Virus record (IMG/VR): IMGVR_UViG_3300037670_000034
Coordinates: 1 to 60,826 of that record
Strand: one strand, 5' to 3'
From: a virus
Lineage: Duplodnaviria; Caudoviricetes
Length of the DNA: 60,826 nucleotides
Shown here in pieces: positions 10,524-20,095 of this stretch. The notes beneath the pieces are model-generated. The model did no database searches. It was not told the origin of the DNA and worked only from the letters and a program-made list of their open reading frames with translations. The position numbers and the translations under genes were made by a program. Position 1 is the first letter of the stretch. Each line of letters opens with the position of its first letter.

Positions 10524-11039
10524 ATGAGCAGGAAAGACCCACAGTTCAACCTTCGCATCCCAGAGCTGCTTCGTGACAAGGTCATGGGGGCGGCGAAGGC
10601 GAATAAGCGATCCTCAACCGCAGAGATCATCGCTCGCCTTGAAGCCAGCTTTGATGCGGAGGCTGCAGGCTTCGCGCCTACTACCCCAGCAAGAAGCGCC
10701 GCCGGCACCTCGCTTGCTCGGCCACTCGCACTTGGGGATGCAGAAAGCCTCCTAGAAGCAGCTCGCGCAGCCTTTCGCAAAGAGCAGATCGCATTGCTCA
10801 CCGACCAACTCATTGCAGAAATCGAGTTGACGGCTGTTCGCGGCGAAGGCACTGATTTCGACTTGACCATGACCGATTCGATTACCGAGAACATCGACAA
10901 GTTGGCCGCTTTGAAAGGGACTGACCCGCTTCAGGAGTACGCCGCCCTGATGGAGACGGTGGAAAAACGCCTGGACGAGGCTGCAGCCCCCAGCACAGGC
11001 GCCAAACGCATCAGGCGCACCCGCAGGCCTAAGGCTTAA
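10524..11039 (+). CDS. Mnt/Arc-family repressor with C-terminal extension
   Basis: DPQFNLRIPELLRDKV..ANKRSSTAEIIARLEASF. Confidence 0.85.
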   Translation: MSRKDPQFNLRIPELLRDKVMGAAKANKRSSTAEIIARLEASFDAEAAGFAPTTPARSAAGTSLARPLALGDAESLLEAARAAFRKEQIALLTDQLIAEIELTAVRGEGTDFDLTMTDSITENIDKLAALKGTDPLQEYAALMETVEKRLDEAAAPSTGAKRIRRTRRPKA

Positions 11040-11136
11040 TCCCTCAGGGCAGGCGCTGGCCATGGATGAATGACCAGCTACCGAAATGGCTCTTGATAGT
11101 CTAGCGTCACAAGGCCACCAACCACGGATGATAGCC

Positions 11137-11394
11137 ATGAGCGACTTGGAACAACGCGTTGAAGTGCTGGAAAAGCTACTCCTGAACCTTCAAGCCCAGA
11201 CGGTTGGTATGCGCAATGCACTGCATGCCATTATTGAAACGCGCCACAACCCCGCCGCTCTGGACGCCATGCTGGCTGACTACAAACTCAAGCTCGAAGC
11301 TACTCTTGGGGCTTCAATCGCGTCTGACTCGGCGATTGAAGAGGCACTAGCGCTGCTTGATTTAATGCGTCTATCTGCGCAGAAAGACCGCTGA
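11137..11394 (+). CDS. Hypothetical protein
   Basis: 85-aa helical ORF MSDLEQRVEVLEK. Confidence 0.55.
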   Translation: MSDLEQRVEVLEKLLLNLQAQTVGMRNALHAIIETRHNPAALDAMLADYKLKLEATLGASIASDSAIEEALALLDLMRLSAQKDR

Positions 11395-11602
11395 CAGCTC
11401 CAGAACTTCGCGCATCCAGCTTCTCCACCACCTTGCCGGCCAGCCGCTCAAGGAACTCTTCATCGTCCAACAGATAATCAGACCCCGGCCTTGAATCCGC
11501 TCGTCCAAGTACTCTGCTGGCAAACTCGAACAGCGCATTGACGTTGCCCTGCAGGCGGCTTTGCCTACCGCGGCCATCGCTCGATGCTTTACTATCGTCC
11601 AT
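11300..11602 (-). CDS. Hypothetical protein
   Basis: ATG preceded by GGAGGTG; overlaps the 3' end of the opposite-strand ORF. Confidence 0.45.
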   Translation of the reverse strand: MDDSKASSDGRGRQSRLQGNVNALFEFASRVLGRADSRPGSDYLLDDEEFLERLAGKVVEKLDARSSGAVSGLSAQIDALNQAALVPLQSPSQTRLKPQE

Positions 11603-11627
11603 CTCACACCTCCAGGCTGTGAAGCCC

Positions 11628-11975
11628 ATGAAAAAACTGCTGATCACCACCGCCCTGCTCTCGTTCTCCTGCCTGGCCCAGGCTGGAAACTTCGCTACGT
11701 GCTTGCTCGACGAGCTGCCCGGCGTCCAGAACAACAACGCCGCGGGTGCGGCTTATCAGGTGTGCAGCGCCAAGTATCCAGAGCGCTACGCTGGCGTTGC
11801 GCAGGGATCCGGCCGCGGCTTCTGGGGATACGAATCTGGCGCCGAGTGCGCGCTGAAGAAAGCGCGCGACACTCGAAGCCAGGATGCAGCGGGGATGATT
11901 CGAGTAGCCTGCAATCGCCTGTACAACAAACAATGCTCAGCACTGGCTACCGAGTTCGGTCTGAACTGCAACTGA
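11628..11975 (+). CDS. Secreted cysteine-rich protein (VF_A0006-like four-cysteine repeat)
   Basis: Signal peptide MKKLLITTALLSFSCLAQA; duplicated C..C motif. Confidence 0.7.
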   Translation: MKKLLITTALLSFSCLAQAGNFATCLLDELPGVQNNNAAGAAYQVCSAKYPERYAGVAQGSGRGFWGYESGAECALKKARDTRSQDAAGMIRVACNRLYNKQCSALATEFGLNCN

Positions 11976-13289
11976 TCAACTGACGGCAACACCCTGAGCA
12001 GTAAGAGCCCTGATGTAGTCGTCGATTGAAACGCCATCCTCCTTGGCAGCCTGCTCAACCTCCTGCCGAGTTACGCTCATTCTGCGACTGACACCACCCG
12101 TCGATACCGGCCGCCCAGTAGTCACATCGATCAGCTGCGAGCCGCGGATATCACGACCGCTCTCGTCACGTCCGATGATAATGTCCTGCGACTGGTACCG
12201 GTCTTTCGCCGGCGTGCTTAGCGAGGTGTAAGCGCTGCGCGCCGCCTCGCGCTGATCTGCGCTCAGATTAGGATCTGCGATCTGGTCGCGAAGAGATTGC
12301 AGGCGCCGCTGATCTTGCGAAACAAGCGCACCCTGATCGACTTCCTGAGACAAGCGTTGACGCTGCAATTGACCAGTCAGGCGTTCATCGATACCGGAGA
12401 GGATGCTTTGCTGTGCCTGCTGGTTCTGCAGGCTGGTCTGGGCCTGACGAGCATCGAGGCGGGCATTTTGGATATCAGCGATGCTCGGCGCGCGGGAACT
12501 GTCACGCACGACAGTCACCCGACCACCGCCCTCGCCTATTTGCCCCCGGCGGCTGATTTCGATCATCCGCTGCCTTTCTTGGTTTGCACGCTCAAACCGA
12601 CCAAGAGCCAACTGGCTATCGCCAGGCTGCATTTGGGAGAACGCCCCAATGCCATTGCCGATGCTTGGCGGCGTCCTGCCATTGACAGTGATCATTGACT
12701 GCGTCTGACCAACAGCATCAGCCTGCACTGGTGCAGAAGCTTGATTCGGCATGTCTGAAGCAATGCTTTGCGCCTGCGTCGGTGCAGCGGTGCTTTGAAC
12801 CGCTGGAGCAGCCTGCGCCGGGGTAGACATTCCGTCGATGATGCTTTGCGGTTGCACCCCGAGCGCTGCCCGCGTGCCGGCCTTAACCTGATCGGACGCC
12901 TGCGAAGCGCGATCAATACCCTGCGAAAGGGTCGCCGATGCCGCGTCTGCATAGCGATTTGCGCCACCCGGAAGCGTGCTTGGGTCGCCACCAGCAAGCC
13001 TTGCGATTCCGCCGCGAGCGGCGTCGAGGCCTACGGCGAATGGAAGCGCCGCACCACCTGCGACAATCTCTGCGCCGCCAGCCAGCCCTGAAAGTATGCC
13101 GCCAGACTGAGGTGGTCGCGGGACGCCAGCCGAAACTGGCTGGATGACACCACGCGGCCCGCTGACTGGTTGGCTCATTTGCGCTTGCATGCGATCGGCA
13201 CGCGTCGTCGTTGGCATATTGGAGATCAGCGGGTTCTCACCTTGGCGCCGGCGCTCCTGATCTTCCTGCGTTTGGTATTGAACGGCCAT
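11976..13289 (-). CDS. Putative internal virion/ejection protein
   Basis: A/G/Q-rich 437 aa at the end of the virion operon, with its own late-promoter motif. Confidence 0.6.
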   Translation of the reverse strand: MAVQYQTQEDQERRRQGENPLISNMPTTTRADRMQAQMSQPVSGPRGVIQPVSAGVPRPPQSGGILSGLAGGAEIVAGGAALPFAVGLDAARGGIARLAGGDPSTLPGGANRYADAASATLSQGIDRASQASDQVKAGTRAALGVQPQSIIDGMSTPAQAAPAVQSTAAPTQAQSIASDMPNQASAPVQADAVGQTQSMITVNGRTPPSIGNGIGAFSQMQPGDSQLALGRFERANQERQRMIEISRRGQIGEGGGRVTVVRDSSRAPSIADIQNARLDARQAQTSLQNQQAQQSILSGIDERLTGQLQRQRLSQEVDQGALVSQDQRRLQSLRDQIADPNLSADQREAARSAYTSLSTPAKDRYQSQDIIIGRDESGRDIRGSQLIDVTTGRPVSTGGVSRRMSVTRQEVEQAAKEDGVSIDDYIRALTAQGVAVS

Positions 13290-13320
13290 GCTGCCTCTCC
13301 AGAGTATTCGAGTTATGCCA

Positions 13321-13348
13321 AACCTATGTCACCAACCGCAATTCGCAA
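13321..13348 (-). promoter_or_regulatory. Putative late promoter copy 2 (TTGCGA-N10-GTGACA-TAGGTT)
   Basis: Motif with identical spacing, intergenic. Confidence 0.7.
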
Positions 13349-13355
13349 GCATCAG

Positions 13356-13892
13356 TCAGATGATTTCCATCGCCGACCTGAATGCAGTCCAAAAACCAGC
13401 CGGCGGCGGCACAACACCACCCGCGCCAGCAACCAGAAGCGCGCCCATCACCAGATCGGCGCCAGGCAGTTGTGCGGCAATGAACGACCCTGAATCCGGC
13501 CCTTGCTCAATCGTTGCAGAGGGAGCCCAGCGCACGCCCTGCGCTAGTGGGGAGGGGATGAAATCTGGGTCGTAATCAGCCGTGAAAGTAACCATCAACG
13601 GCAGCTCGCCCGACGCGACGTAGACGGTACCGCTCGACTGATCAGCCCCTGTCTCTGTCACGCCCTCGACAACAACCAACCCGTCGAAGCTAGCCGAGGC
13701 AATAACCCCTGGATACAGACGCACCAACGCTGGAAACGCATCGCAGCGCGAAGGGTCAAACACTGACCAACCCCCAGAAGTCTGGCTTTCCCAGTTCCAC
13801 CAGCTGGCGTAGTCACGGTTAACCGTCTCAGAACTCGCCGATATCTCAGACAGGTTTATCGGAGAGAAGACCTGAACATAACCAGTTGCCAT
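13356..13892 (-). CDS. Hypothetical virion-module protein
   Basis: Coupled ORF in the tail region. Confidence 0.6.
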   Translation of the reverse strand: MATGYVQVFSPINLSEISASSETVNRDYASWWNWESQTSGGWSVFDPSRCDAFPALVRLYPGVIASASFDGLVVVEGVTETGADQSSGTVYVASGELPLMVTFTADYDPDFIPSPLAQGVRWAPSATIEQGPDSGSFIAAQLPGADLVMGALLVAGAGGVVPPPAGFWTAFRSAMEII

Positions 13893-14404
13893 TATGTGAA
13901 ATCCTCTGCGCGAACCAGCCTGCATTCCCCGTTGGCGTAGTACGCCAATCCGTTTGGCATGTACTCAAACGAGAGATCTTGCGGCTGCATGGCCTCATCA
14001 AACTGAAGTGCACGGTACTGGCGCACCACCCCTTCAGCCGACACAAGAAAATACGTCCGCACAACGACGCCAGCGCTCGACTCTTCACCGTAGAAGACCA
14101 TGTTGTCGCCCGTGCTACCCAAATCGCCAAAGTCGTAGTACTCCGAAAGCATGGCCATGGTGAACCGGTGAATCTCCACCGCGGCAGCCGGCGGCGTGTC
14201 CTTGTCCGCGCTCGGCACGCATCGCATGACCCTCAGATCATCACCATCCCAACTGCTGACCAGCACCACATCGCCCACCAAAACACCAACGGTGTCGGAC
14301 TCTGCAGCGACGCGGCGCAGCACTTCAGCGCCGCCAGGTGTGTAGGTGTACAAGTAGCAGTACCCGGTGTTGAAGTCTTTTACCGCCCGATAGAAAACAG
14401 CCAC
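13892..14404 (-). CDS. Hypothetical virion-module protein
   Basis: GGAGG RBS, coupled ORF. Confidence 0.65.
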   Translation of the reverse strand: MAVFYRAVKDFNTGYCYLYTYTPGGAEVLRRVAAESDTVGVLVGDVVLVSSWDGDDLRVMRCVPSADKDTPPAAAVEIHRFTMAMLSEYYDFGDLGSTGDNMVFYGEESSAGVVVRTYFLVSAEGVVRQYRALQFDEAMQPQDLSFEYMPNGLAYYANGECRLVRAEDFT

Positions 14405-14413
14405 CGCGACCTC

Positions 14414-16291
14414 CTATTCCCTAACTTTCAAAGCTGTGCCGCAGTAATAAGCACCTGCCGGCGAGCCGTAATCGGCCAGCAAGGACCAGGTCGCGCCAGA
14501 GTCAGCACTGATGAATGTTTGCCCACCCTCGACTCCAGGCTCGCCGGCAGACTGGCCAAGGCCGCCGAACGTGATGATCACCGTCGCCTGGCGAACGATT
14601 ACACCGTCGACAGCACGCTCGGCCACCGGGCAATCGATCGACCCAATAAAAAGGTTTGTGCGCAACTGTCGTTCCGTAATAACGGCGCCTGCGACCGACA
14701 ATTCATTCAGGTTGCTGTCGTAGACCATGACGACGAGATCGCCGCGGCTGTTGAACACGCCGGGGCTTATCTCGATCTGGTCAGTAGCAGGAAACAGATA
14801 CTTGCCATTTCCTATGTAACGAACACAGGAGAAACGGCTTTCTACGATGTTCCGGCAGTACCGTTGCGGTATCAGCTCGCTGAGCACCATCACCGCACCA
14901 GCCGCTGTCAGCGCGACGATATCGATGCTGGTTTCGGTAGTGCGTGCACCAGCGCTGTAGTCCACATCACTGGAGAAGAAGACGGCGTAGGCTGTTTCAC
15001 CGTCCGTATCGATTCCTATCGGAAACGAGAAGTCATGAGGCTGCCCGTCAGTCGGATCAATCATCGCCGCCACAGGTCCGGTGATCAGATCCTTCGTCAA
15101 CCCGCCTTCGCTCCAGCGATATGCATACACAGCATTGAACGGGGCGAACCCTTCATCTACAGATGCATAGTTGAGGTGCAGGACAACAGCGATCACCATC
15201 CCTGAATCAAGCCGAGCCAGCATCGCTGGGTACAGGGTGTTTGACGAATACACATCATCAACAGGATCCAGCACCGGGACCATAAGCGGCTCTGAGCCGA
15301 GCCGCGTGTCATCCAGAGAGAACCACGGCAGATCAAGGTATGGCCCGGCCGACTCGGGTTGAATCCCCCTTACCACCCCAAACCACAGCCCCTTCGCGCC
15401 GTACCGATCATCATCGTTTCGCATCTCTGCAACGACATGGATCACCAGCAGCGTATCGAAATAGGCCTGCCCATCATCATCGACGCCCGTGCTCAGTTGT
15501 ATCGCGCGCGCCCACGGCTGCTGGGCAGCACTGAATACCGTTGCAGCAGAACTACCAGGGTCGTATGCCGGCGGCGAAATGCGCTTGCAGAACGGCAACG
15601 CTCCGGCTGTATCCCACAGCGCACTATCGGAAACAGCGATCGACCAAGTATGCGATGGCACCTCATGGTCAGATACTTCCCAGCCATCGTCGCCAACGCT
15701 GTATCGAGCGCGCGCGATAGCCGGCGAGTAGAGATTCAGCAGGTAGACAATGTTGCTATCTCCACGCCCCACGAATGCATATGGGTTCACCACGTAGGGT
15801 CCAGGCATATAGAGCGGCACGGTCAGTTCGACGACGCCGATTCCCTGCCGCACCGAAAGCGACGGCTGAATGCGACTCTCAATGACGCTCACAGCCGGTT
15901 CCAACGTGCCGCCGAGCACCACAGGTAGTGGTGGGCATCCAGCATGATCAGGAAACAGGCTCGCCGGCCCACGGCTCCACGCACGCGCTATATCGTCCCT
16001 ACCACCAGGCAGATCGATCAGTGGGCAATGCGTAGGCTCGTATCCAGATCCAGGCCCGCCGACCAGAGCTCTGCCCGGTACAGCCACAGTTCCAGGGGTG
16101 TCGATCAAGTAGACTGTCGCCCTATTGCCGACCCGCGATGCCTTCATGATGTAGCCGTCGAAGATCCTCGATCGCGTTATGTTCATCGCCCCGGGCAATG
16201 ACCTGGCAAAGCGCACAGCCTCGTCCCGTAGCCACGCGGCCGAGACCGCAAGCAGCTTCACCGTGACGCCAAGCCGGAAATTCACTGTCAC
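14414..16291 (-). CDS. Putative tail/receptor-binding beta-rich protein
   Basis: 625 aa; C-terminal Asp-box (BNR)-like FISADSGATW. Confidence 0.55.
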   Translation of the reverse strand: MTVNFRLGVTVKLLAVSAAWLRDEAVRFARSLPGAMNITRSRIFDGYIMKASRVGNRATVYLIDTPGTVAVPGRALVGGPGSGYEPTHCPLIDLPGGRDDIARAWSRGPASLFPDHAGCPPLPVVLGGTLEPAVSVIESRIQPSLSVRQGIGVVELTVPLYMPGPYVVNPYAFVGRGDSNIVYLLNLYSPAIARARYSVGDDGWEVSDHEVPSHTWSIAVSDSALWDTAGALPFCKRISPPAYDPGSSAATVFSAAQQPWARAIQLSTGVDDDGQAYFDTLLVIHVVAEMRNDDDRYGAKGLWFGVVRGIQPESAGPYLDLPWFSLDDTRLGSEPLMVPVLDPVDDVYSSNTLYPAMLARLDSGMVIAVVLHLNYASVDEGFAPFNAVYAYRWSEGGLTKDLITGPVAAMIDPTDGQPHDFSFPIGIDTDGETAYAVFFSSDVDYSAGARTTETSIDIVALTAAGAVMVLSELIPQRYCRNIVESRFSCVRYIGNGKYLFPATDQIEISPGVFNSRGDLVVMVYDSNLNELSVAGAVITERQLRTNLFIGSIDCPVAERAVDGVIVRQATVIITFGGLGQSAGEPGVEGGQTFISADSGATWSLLADYGSPAGAYYCGTALKVRE

Positions 16292-17229
16292 GCACCGCCG
16301 CTAAGGATATTGGCATTCAACGTCGACGCGGCGCTTGCTGCCGACGATGCGATATCTCCATATGCCCGCACGGCCTGGCCAAGCGCGTTGTTGCGGGTAT
16401 CGCTTGCCACGGCGCCAACGGCGATACGTGACTTATCCAACTGCCCATTCATGCGCAGGTTTGCCGCCTGCAGGCGCAGTTCCTCGAAGCCGAGTTGCAC
16501 ACGCCAGTACGACGAAAGAGAATCTTGGAACGTCGCATAGGCCTGCGTCCTGATCCTGCTGGCCTCCAGATCCTTGTTCGGCAGTTCGATCCACTGCCGG
16601 TAGAAGTCGGCCATCGCCTGCAGCACACCGATCTTCAGGTTCAAAGCCTGCTGCTGGGCAAACTTCAGCAGATCGAGCTTGATCTCTGCGTCGCGCACAG
16701 TCTGCGCACGGTTGACCTCACCAATCGCATCACTGGCTCGCTCTTCTGCCCGGGCAATCGCCTTCAGCATGGCACCTGGCGGCGCACTGAACCCGCTAGC
16801 CGAGAACTCCGAGCGGATCTGCTCAACAGCACTGTTGCGCGCTCGATATTCACGATCCCGACTGTCGTGCCAGACCGCCTCGAATACTTGCTTGTTCAGC
16901 CCGAACGGCTTCTGCCCGGTGATGATTCCAACCAGCCACTCTTCCGGCGCATACCGCAGTGCGCCCTGCAACTCAGGAAAGTACTTATCCAGCCACTGCT
17001 CACTTTCCGAGTTCAGGAACTGGATCGTTGCACTGCTGTTGTCCGGAGAAAGAAGATCGCCAAGGCTGGTGGGCACCGGCATGTTCACCGTCTTCTCGGT
17101 GAACGCCAGGTTTCCGCCAGAAACCTGCGGCAGATATGTCGATAGCCGCCCTTCTGCAGCTCTGGCATTGCCAAGTGCAGTATTCGCAAAGGCGAATAGC
17201 TCAGCAATGTTGTCGTCTATACCGGCCAT
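16288..17229 (-). CDS. Putative virion structural protein
   Basis: Helical Ala-rich ORF in the virion operon. Confidence 0.6.
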   Translation of the reverse strand: MAGIDDNIAELFAFANTALGNARAAEGRLSTYLPQVSGGNLAFTEKTVNMPVPTSLGDLLSPDNSSATIQFLNSESEQWLDKYFPELQGALRYAPEEWLVGIITGQKPFGLNKQVFEAVWHDSRDREYRARNSAVEQIRSEFSASGFSAPPGAMLKAIARAEERASDAIGEVNRAQTVRDAEIKLDLLKFAQQQALNLKIGVLQAMADFYRQWIELPNKDLEASRIRTQAYATFQDSLSSYWRVQLGFEELRLQAANLRMNGQLDKSRIAVGAVASDTRNNALGQAVRAYGDIASSAASAASTLNANILSGGA

Positions 17230-17230
17230 G

Positions 17231-19126
17231 CTATCCCCTCCTGCCATAGCCACGGCGCTGGGTCACGCCAACTTCAAGTTCAACGCTATCGATGGTCGCG
17301 TACGTTGCGTCAGCCAACTCCAGACGCACATTCCAAGTCCGGCCGGTCACGCCCTTCGCCAGGATCGATCGCTTCTGCGCGCTGTCGCCGACCATCTTGT
17401 AAACCCGCTCAGGACCATCATCGGTGCACAACCTCAGGTAGCACTCGCCATCGGTACGCAATCCAACGAATGCCATGGCCATGCGCTTCAGGTGAGCGTC
17501 GCCGTAGTCAGATGCGCCGAAGTCGACCAGGGCACTGATCACTTCTTCGCTTTCACCACCCAGGCGGTACAGCCCATCCTTGCGCCATGCATAGGCCTGA
17601 CCTTCGTCATAGGTGAAGCCGAGAAAATCGAAGTCGCGATAGGTGGTCAGCGCGCCGGTCATGAAGTTGACCGCGTACTGCAGGGCCTGCTGGTGAGCAG
17701 CAAAGGATCTGGACAGCACCGCAATGCGCTCCATGGCGATCATCTCTATGATCGAGCCAATATGCGCATCATCCGAAAACGAAATGCCGTCCTCTGCAGC
17801 CATCTCGAGGACGATGATCATGTCCGCACTACCGGCGACTTCGAGCGAGTCCAAAGCAACCAGCAACAGCGCACTCTCAAGCACATGCAGTTCGGTTGCG
17901 ATTATCGCGTCGCTGCCGTCGTATACCCCTGCATCCAGATACGGCACCTGGGTATACACGACGGGTATGCACGGCATCGATACCGCTACGAGATTGAATG
18001 GCTGCTCACCAATTGCAGATCGAACCGGAAGCTCTGCGGAAAAACGCAGCGCCTCTCCCTGAGCGCCAACAGCACTACACAGGACCGGCGGCGTCAGCCC
18101 AATGAAACTGGTCAGGAGCTCTTCGACACTTCCTAGCCTCGCGCTAAGCGATATTGCCGGTAATTCCGACTTCACCCACTGCGCACTCGACTCAGTCCCG
18201 ATAGCTGCGATCAGCCCTGGTAACTCAGCCTCGAAGCGAATCGACCCAGTTACTGCAACCGCCGTTGCCTCCAGCCTGATAAGAGGCATACGGATATCGA
18301 CTGCCGTGTAGTCGGCAGTTTCACTGATCGCGGCCACCAGACTGAGAATGTCGCACTCAAACGATATCGGCGATTCGGATGCAGCGATCTCCGGTGAATC
18401 GACATAATCACCAACGCTATACAGCAATGCCCCGCCGTAAATCTCCCCAGCGGAAGGCACCGCCGATGCGTAGACCTGCGTCCCGTTAATGCTGTAGGTC
18501 ACGGCGCCGTTAAAACGCTTGATCTCGACAATGGCTTGGGCTGGAAGCGGCTGTGGTCCGTATACCGCAATGCCGCTCTCGACAATGGTGTACTCGTCTC
18601 GCCTGGCTACCAGGCTATGCGTCATAGCGCCGATAACAGGCTCGTAGGTTCGACGGCTGAACCCGATCTGCACACCAACCGGCGACGGCGGTAGCACTCC
18701 ACGAAAGAATCCGATCGCGGGAACCTGGGCCAGGCTGCGAGCGCCTGCGCTCCATCCCGTGTTGTTTCCGTAATCGTAGCGTGACGGTGAGCCAGGCACT
18801 GCCGGAATAGCCGGATAGCAGACTTGGTCGCCAACCTTTGTAGGTGTGTAGGGGCTGTAACCAGATTGACCACTTACGCTTGAGGCCCCGGCGGCCAACT
18901 GATTGTAAATCCCACTTGGGATATTCAGTTGCCCGCTCGACGTATAGTTACTGGTTGGCAGCGTCACATAGGGCGATACTGCCTTTCCCGAACCGCTACT
19001 GCTGCCACTGGCAAACGCGAAAGACCGCTCTGTCGAACCACCAACACAGAACGCCGCTCTTCCCGGTACGGGAGGAACGGCCGGCACATAGATCAGCTTC
19101 TGAGTCCTGGCCAGGCGGTTGCCCAT
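17231..19126 (-). CDS. Putative tail protein
   Basis: 631 aa, beta-rich, position in the virion operon. Confidence 0.6.
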   Translation of the reverse strand: MGNRLARTQKLIYVPAVPPVPGRAAFCVGGSTERSFAFASGSSSGSGKAVSPYVTLPTSNYTSSGQLNIPSGIYNQLAAGASSVSGQSGYSPYTPTKVGDQVCYPAIPAVPGSPSRYDYGNNTGWSAGARSLAQVPAIGFFRGVLPPSPVGVQIGFSRRTYEPVIGAMTHSLVARRDEYTIVESGIAVYGPQPLPAQAIVEIKRFNGAVTYSINGTQVYASAVPSAGEIYGGALLYSVGDYVDSPEIAASESPISFECDILSLVAAISETADYTAVDIRMPLIRLEATAVAVTGSIRFEAELPGLIAAIGTESSAQWVKSELPAISLSARLGSVEELLTSFIGLTPPVLCSAVGAQGEALRFSAELPVRSAIGEQPFNLVAVSMPCIPVVYTQVPYLDAGVYDGSDAIIATELHVLESALLLVALDSLEVAGSADMIIVLEMAAEDGISFSDDAHIGSIIEMIAMERIAVLSRSFAAHQQALQYAVNFMTGALTTYRDFDFLGFTYDEGQAYAWRKDGLYRLGGESEEVISALVDFGASDYGDAHLKRMAMAFVGLRTDGECYLRLCTDDGPERVYKMVGDSAQKRSILAKGVTGRTWNVRLELADATYATIDSVELEVGVTQRRGYGRRG

Positions 19127-19566
19127 TACTGCTCCGGAATAGCGAGTTGGAACAGTTCAAACGAAAGGGGCTGACCGTTCACCAAGGGGAGCGTGGCAAT
19201 AAACATGTCACTCCCAAGCACCCCCGCCGAACCCTGGAAGCGAACAGCAGAAGCACTAGCATCCCCTGCGTCGCCACTCAACACATAGCGGAAGAAGGTC
19301 GGGGTACCATCGGCCTCATTCGTGCCGACCCAGGTCTCGGCGACGTTCTTCACCAAGATTCCGCCTGGCGCCGTTGCCTCGAATGTGACAGGCGTGCCGC
19401 TACCCCCGGCGCTGATTTCGTTGAGCAACACGGCACTGCCGAGAGCCGCATCAGCAGATGCTGGAATAGCCCCCGAGTAGATTCGGATCAATCCACCGTC
19501 CAAGGTTTCCTTGAGCGATCCACTGATGGCAAGCGCCTGGCGAAATCCGGTACTGAGCTTGATCAT
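19126..19566 (-). CDS. Virion structural protein
   Basis: IRIYSGAIPASADAA..GTPTFFRY, typical small phage tail-associated protein. Confidence 0.65.
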   Translation of the reverse strand: MIKLSTGFRQALAISGSLKETLDGGLIRIYSGAIPASADAALGSAVLLNEISAGGSGTPVTFEATAPGGILVKNVAETWVGTNEADGTPTFFRYVLSGDAGDASASAVRFQGSAGVLGSDMFIATLPLVNGQPLSFELFQLAIPEQ

Positions 19567-19576
19567 GATCGTTCTC

Positions 19577-20095
19577 CTAGATCACGTTGGTGGGAATGTA
19601 GGTAAGGCCGCACACCAGCCTGGCTTCGAGCCCAACGGACAGTTGTTTGGCGGTAGAGAAGCGGACAACCGACAGCAGCAGCCCTGAGTTGGCGCCCTTG
19701 GTGGGGTTAGAAACGATGAACGAGCCGTAGACAGTGCGATCGGCGGTCGGCGTGTAGACGGCTTTGGCATCGACGTTGTCGTAAGTGCCTGCACCGTTGT
19801 AGTTACGCTGCCAGATCGGTCGAGTGGCTTCGCTGTACTCAACGAACTCCCCCATCACCGCAGGAATGTCCGCGGCCGATGTATTCGCGTCGGCGAGGAA
19901 GTTGTTTCGGAACAGGCCGCAGTAGAAGTTCGGTACCGGGGCAACGTCGCCGAACGGGGACTGGATCAGGAAATCGATACCGGCCTGCGGGATGCGGTTG
20001 TACTTCACTTCACGGGCAACCAGCAGACCGGTTTCCTTGTCGTAGAGCTCCAGCTCATGGCGAAAGCCCAGTACTTTCAAATGGTCAGAGTGCAT
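19577..20095 (-). CDS. Virion structural protein
   Basis: Position and beta-rich composition. Confidence 0.6.
   Translation of the reverse strand: MHSDHLKVLGFRHELELYDKETGLLVAREVKYNRIPQAGIDFLIQSPFGDVAPVPNFYCGLFRNNFLADANTSAADIPAVMGEFVEYSEATRPIWQRNYNGAGTYDNVDAKAVYTPTADRTVYGSFIVSNPTKGANSGLLLSVVRFSTAKQLSVGLEARLVCGLTYIPTNVI

Noticed and set aside
11763-11777. Self-target of unit 1 (TGcAGcGCcAAgTAt matches 5 dinucleotides with 1-nt gaps)
   Set aside because: Only 10 specified bases and the flanks mismatch; expected by chance in 60 kb on two strands.
19200-19228. Additional late promoter copy (GTGACATG)
   Set aside because: Lacks TTG at the conserved spacing and lacks TA after the box.
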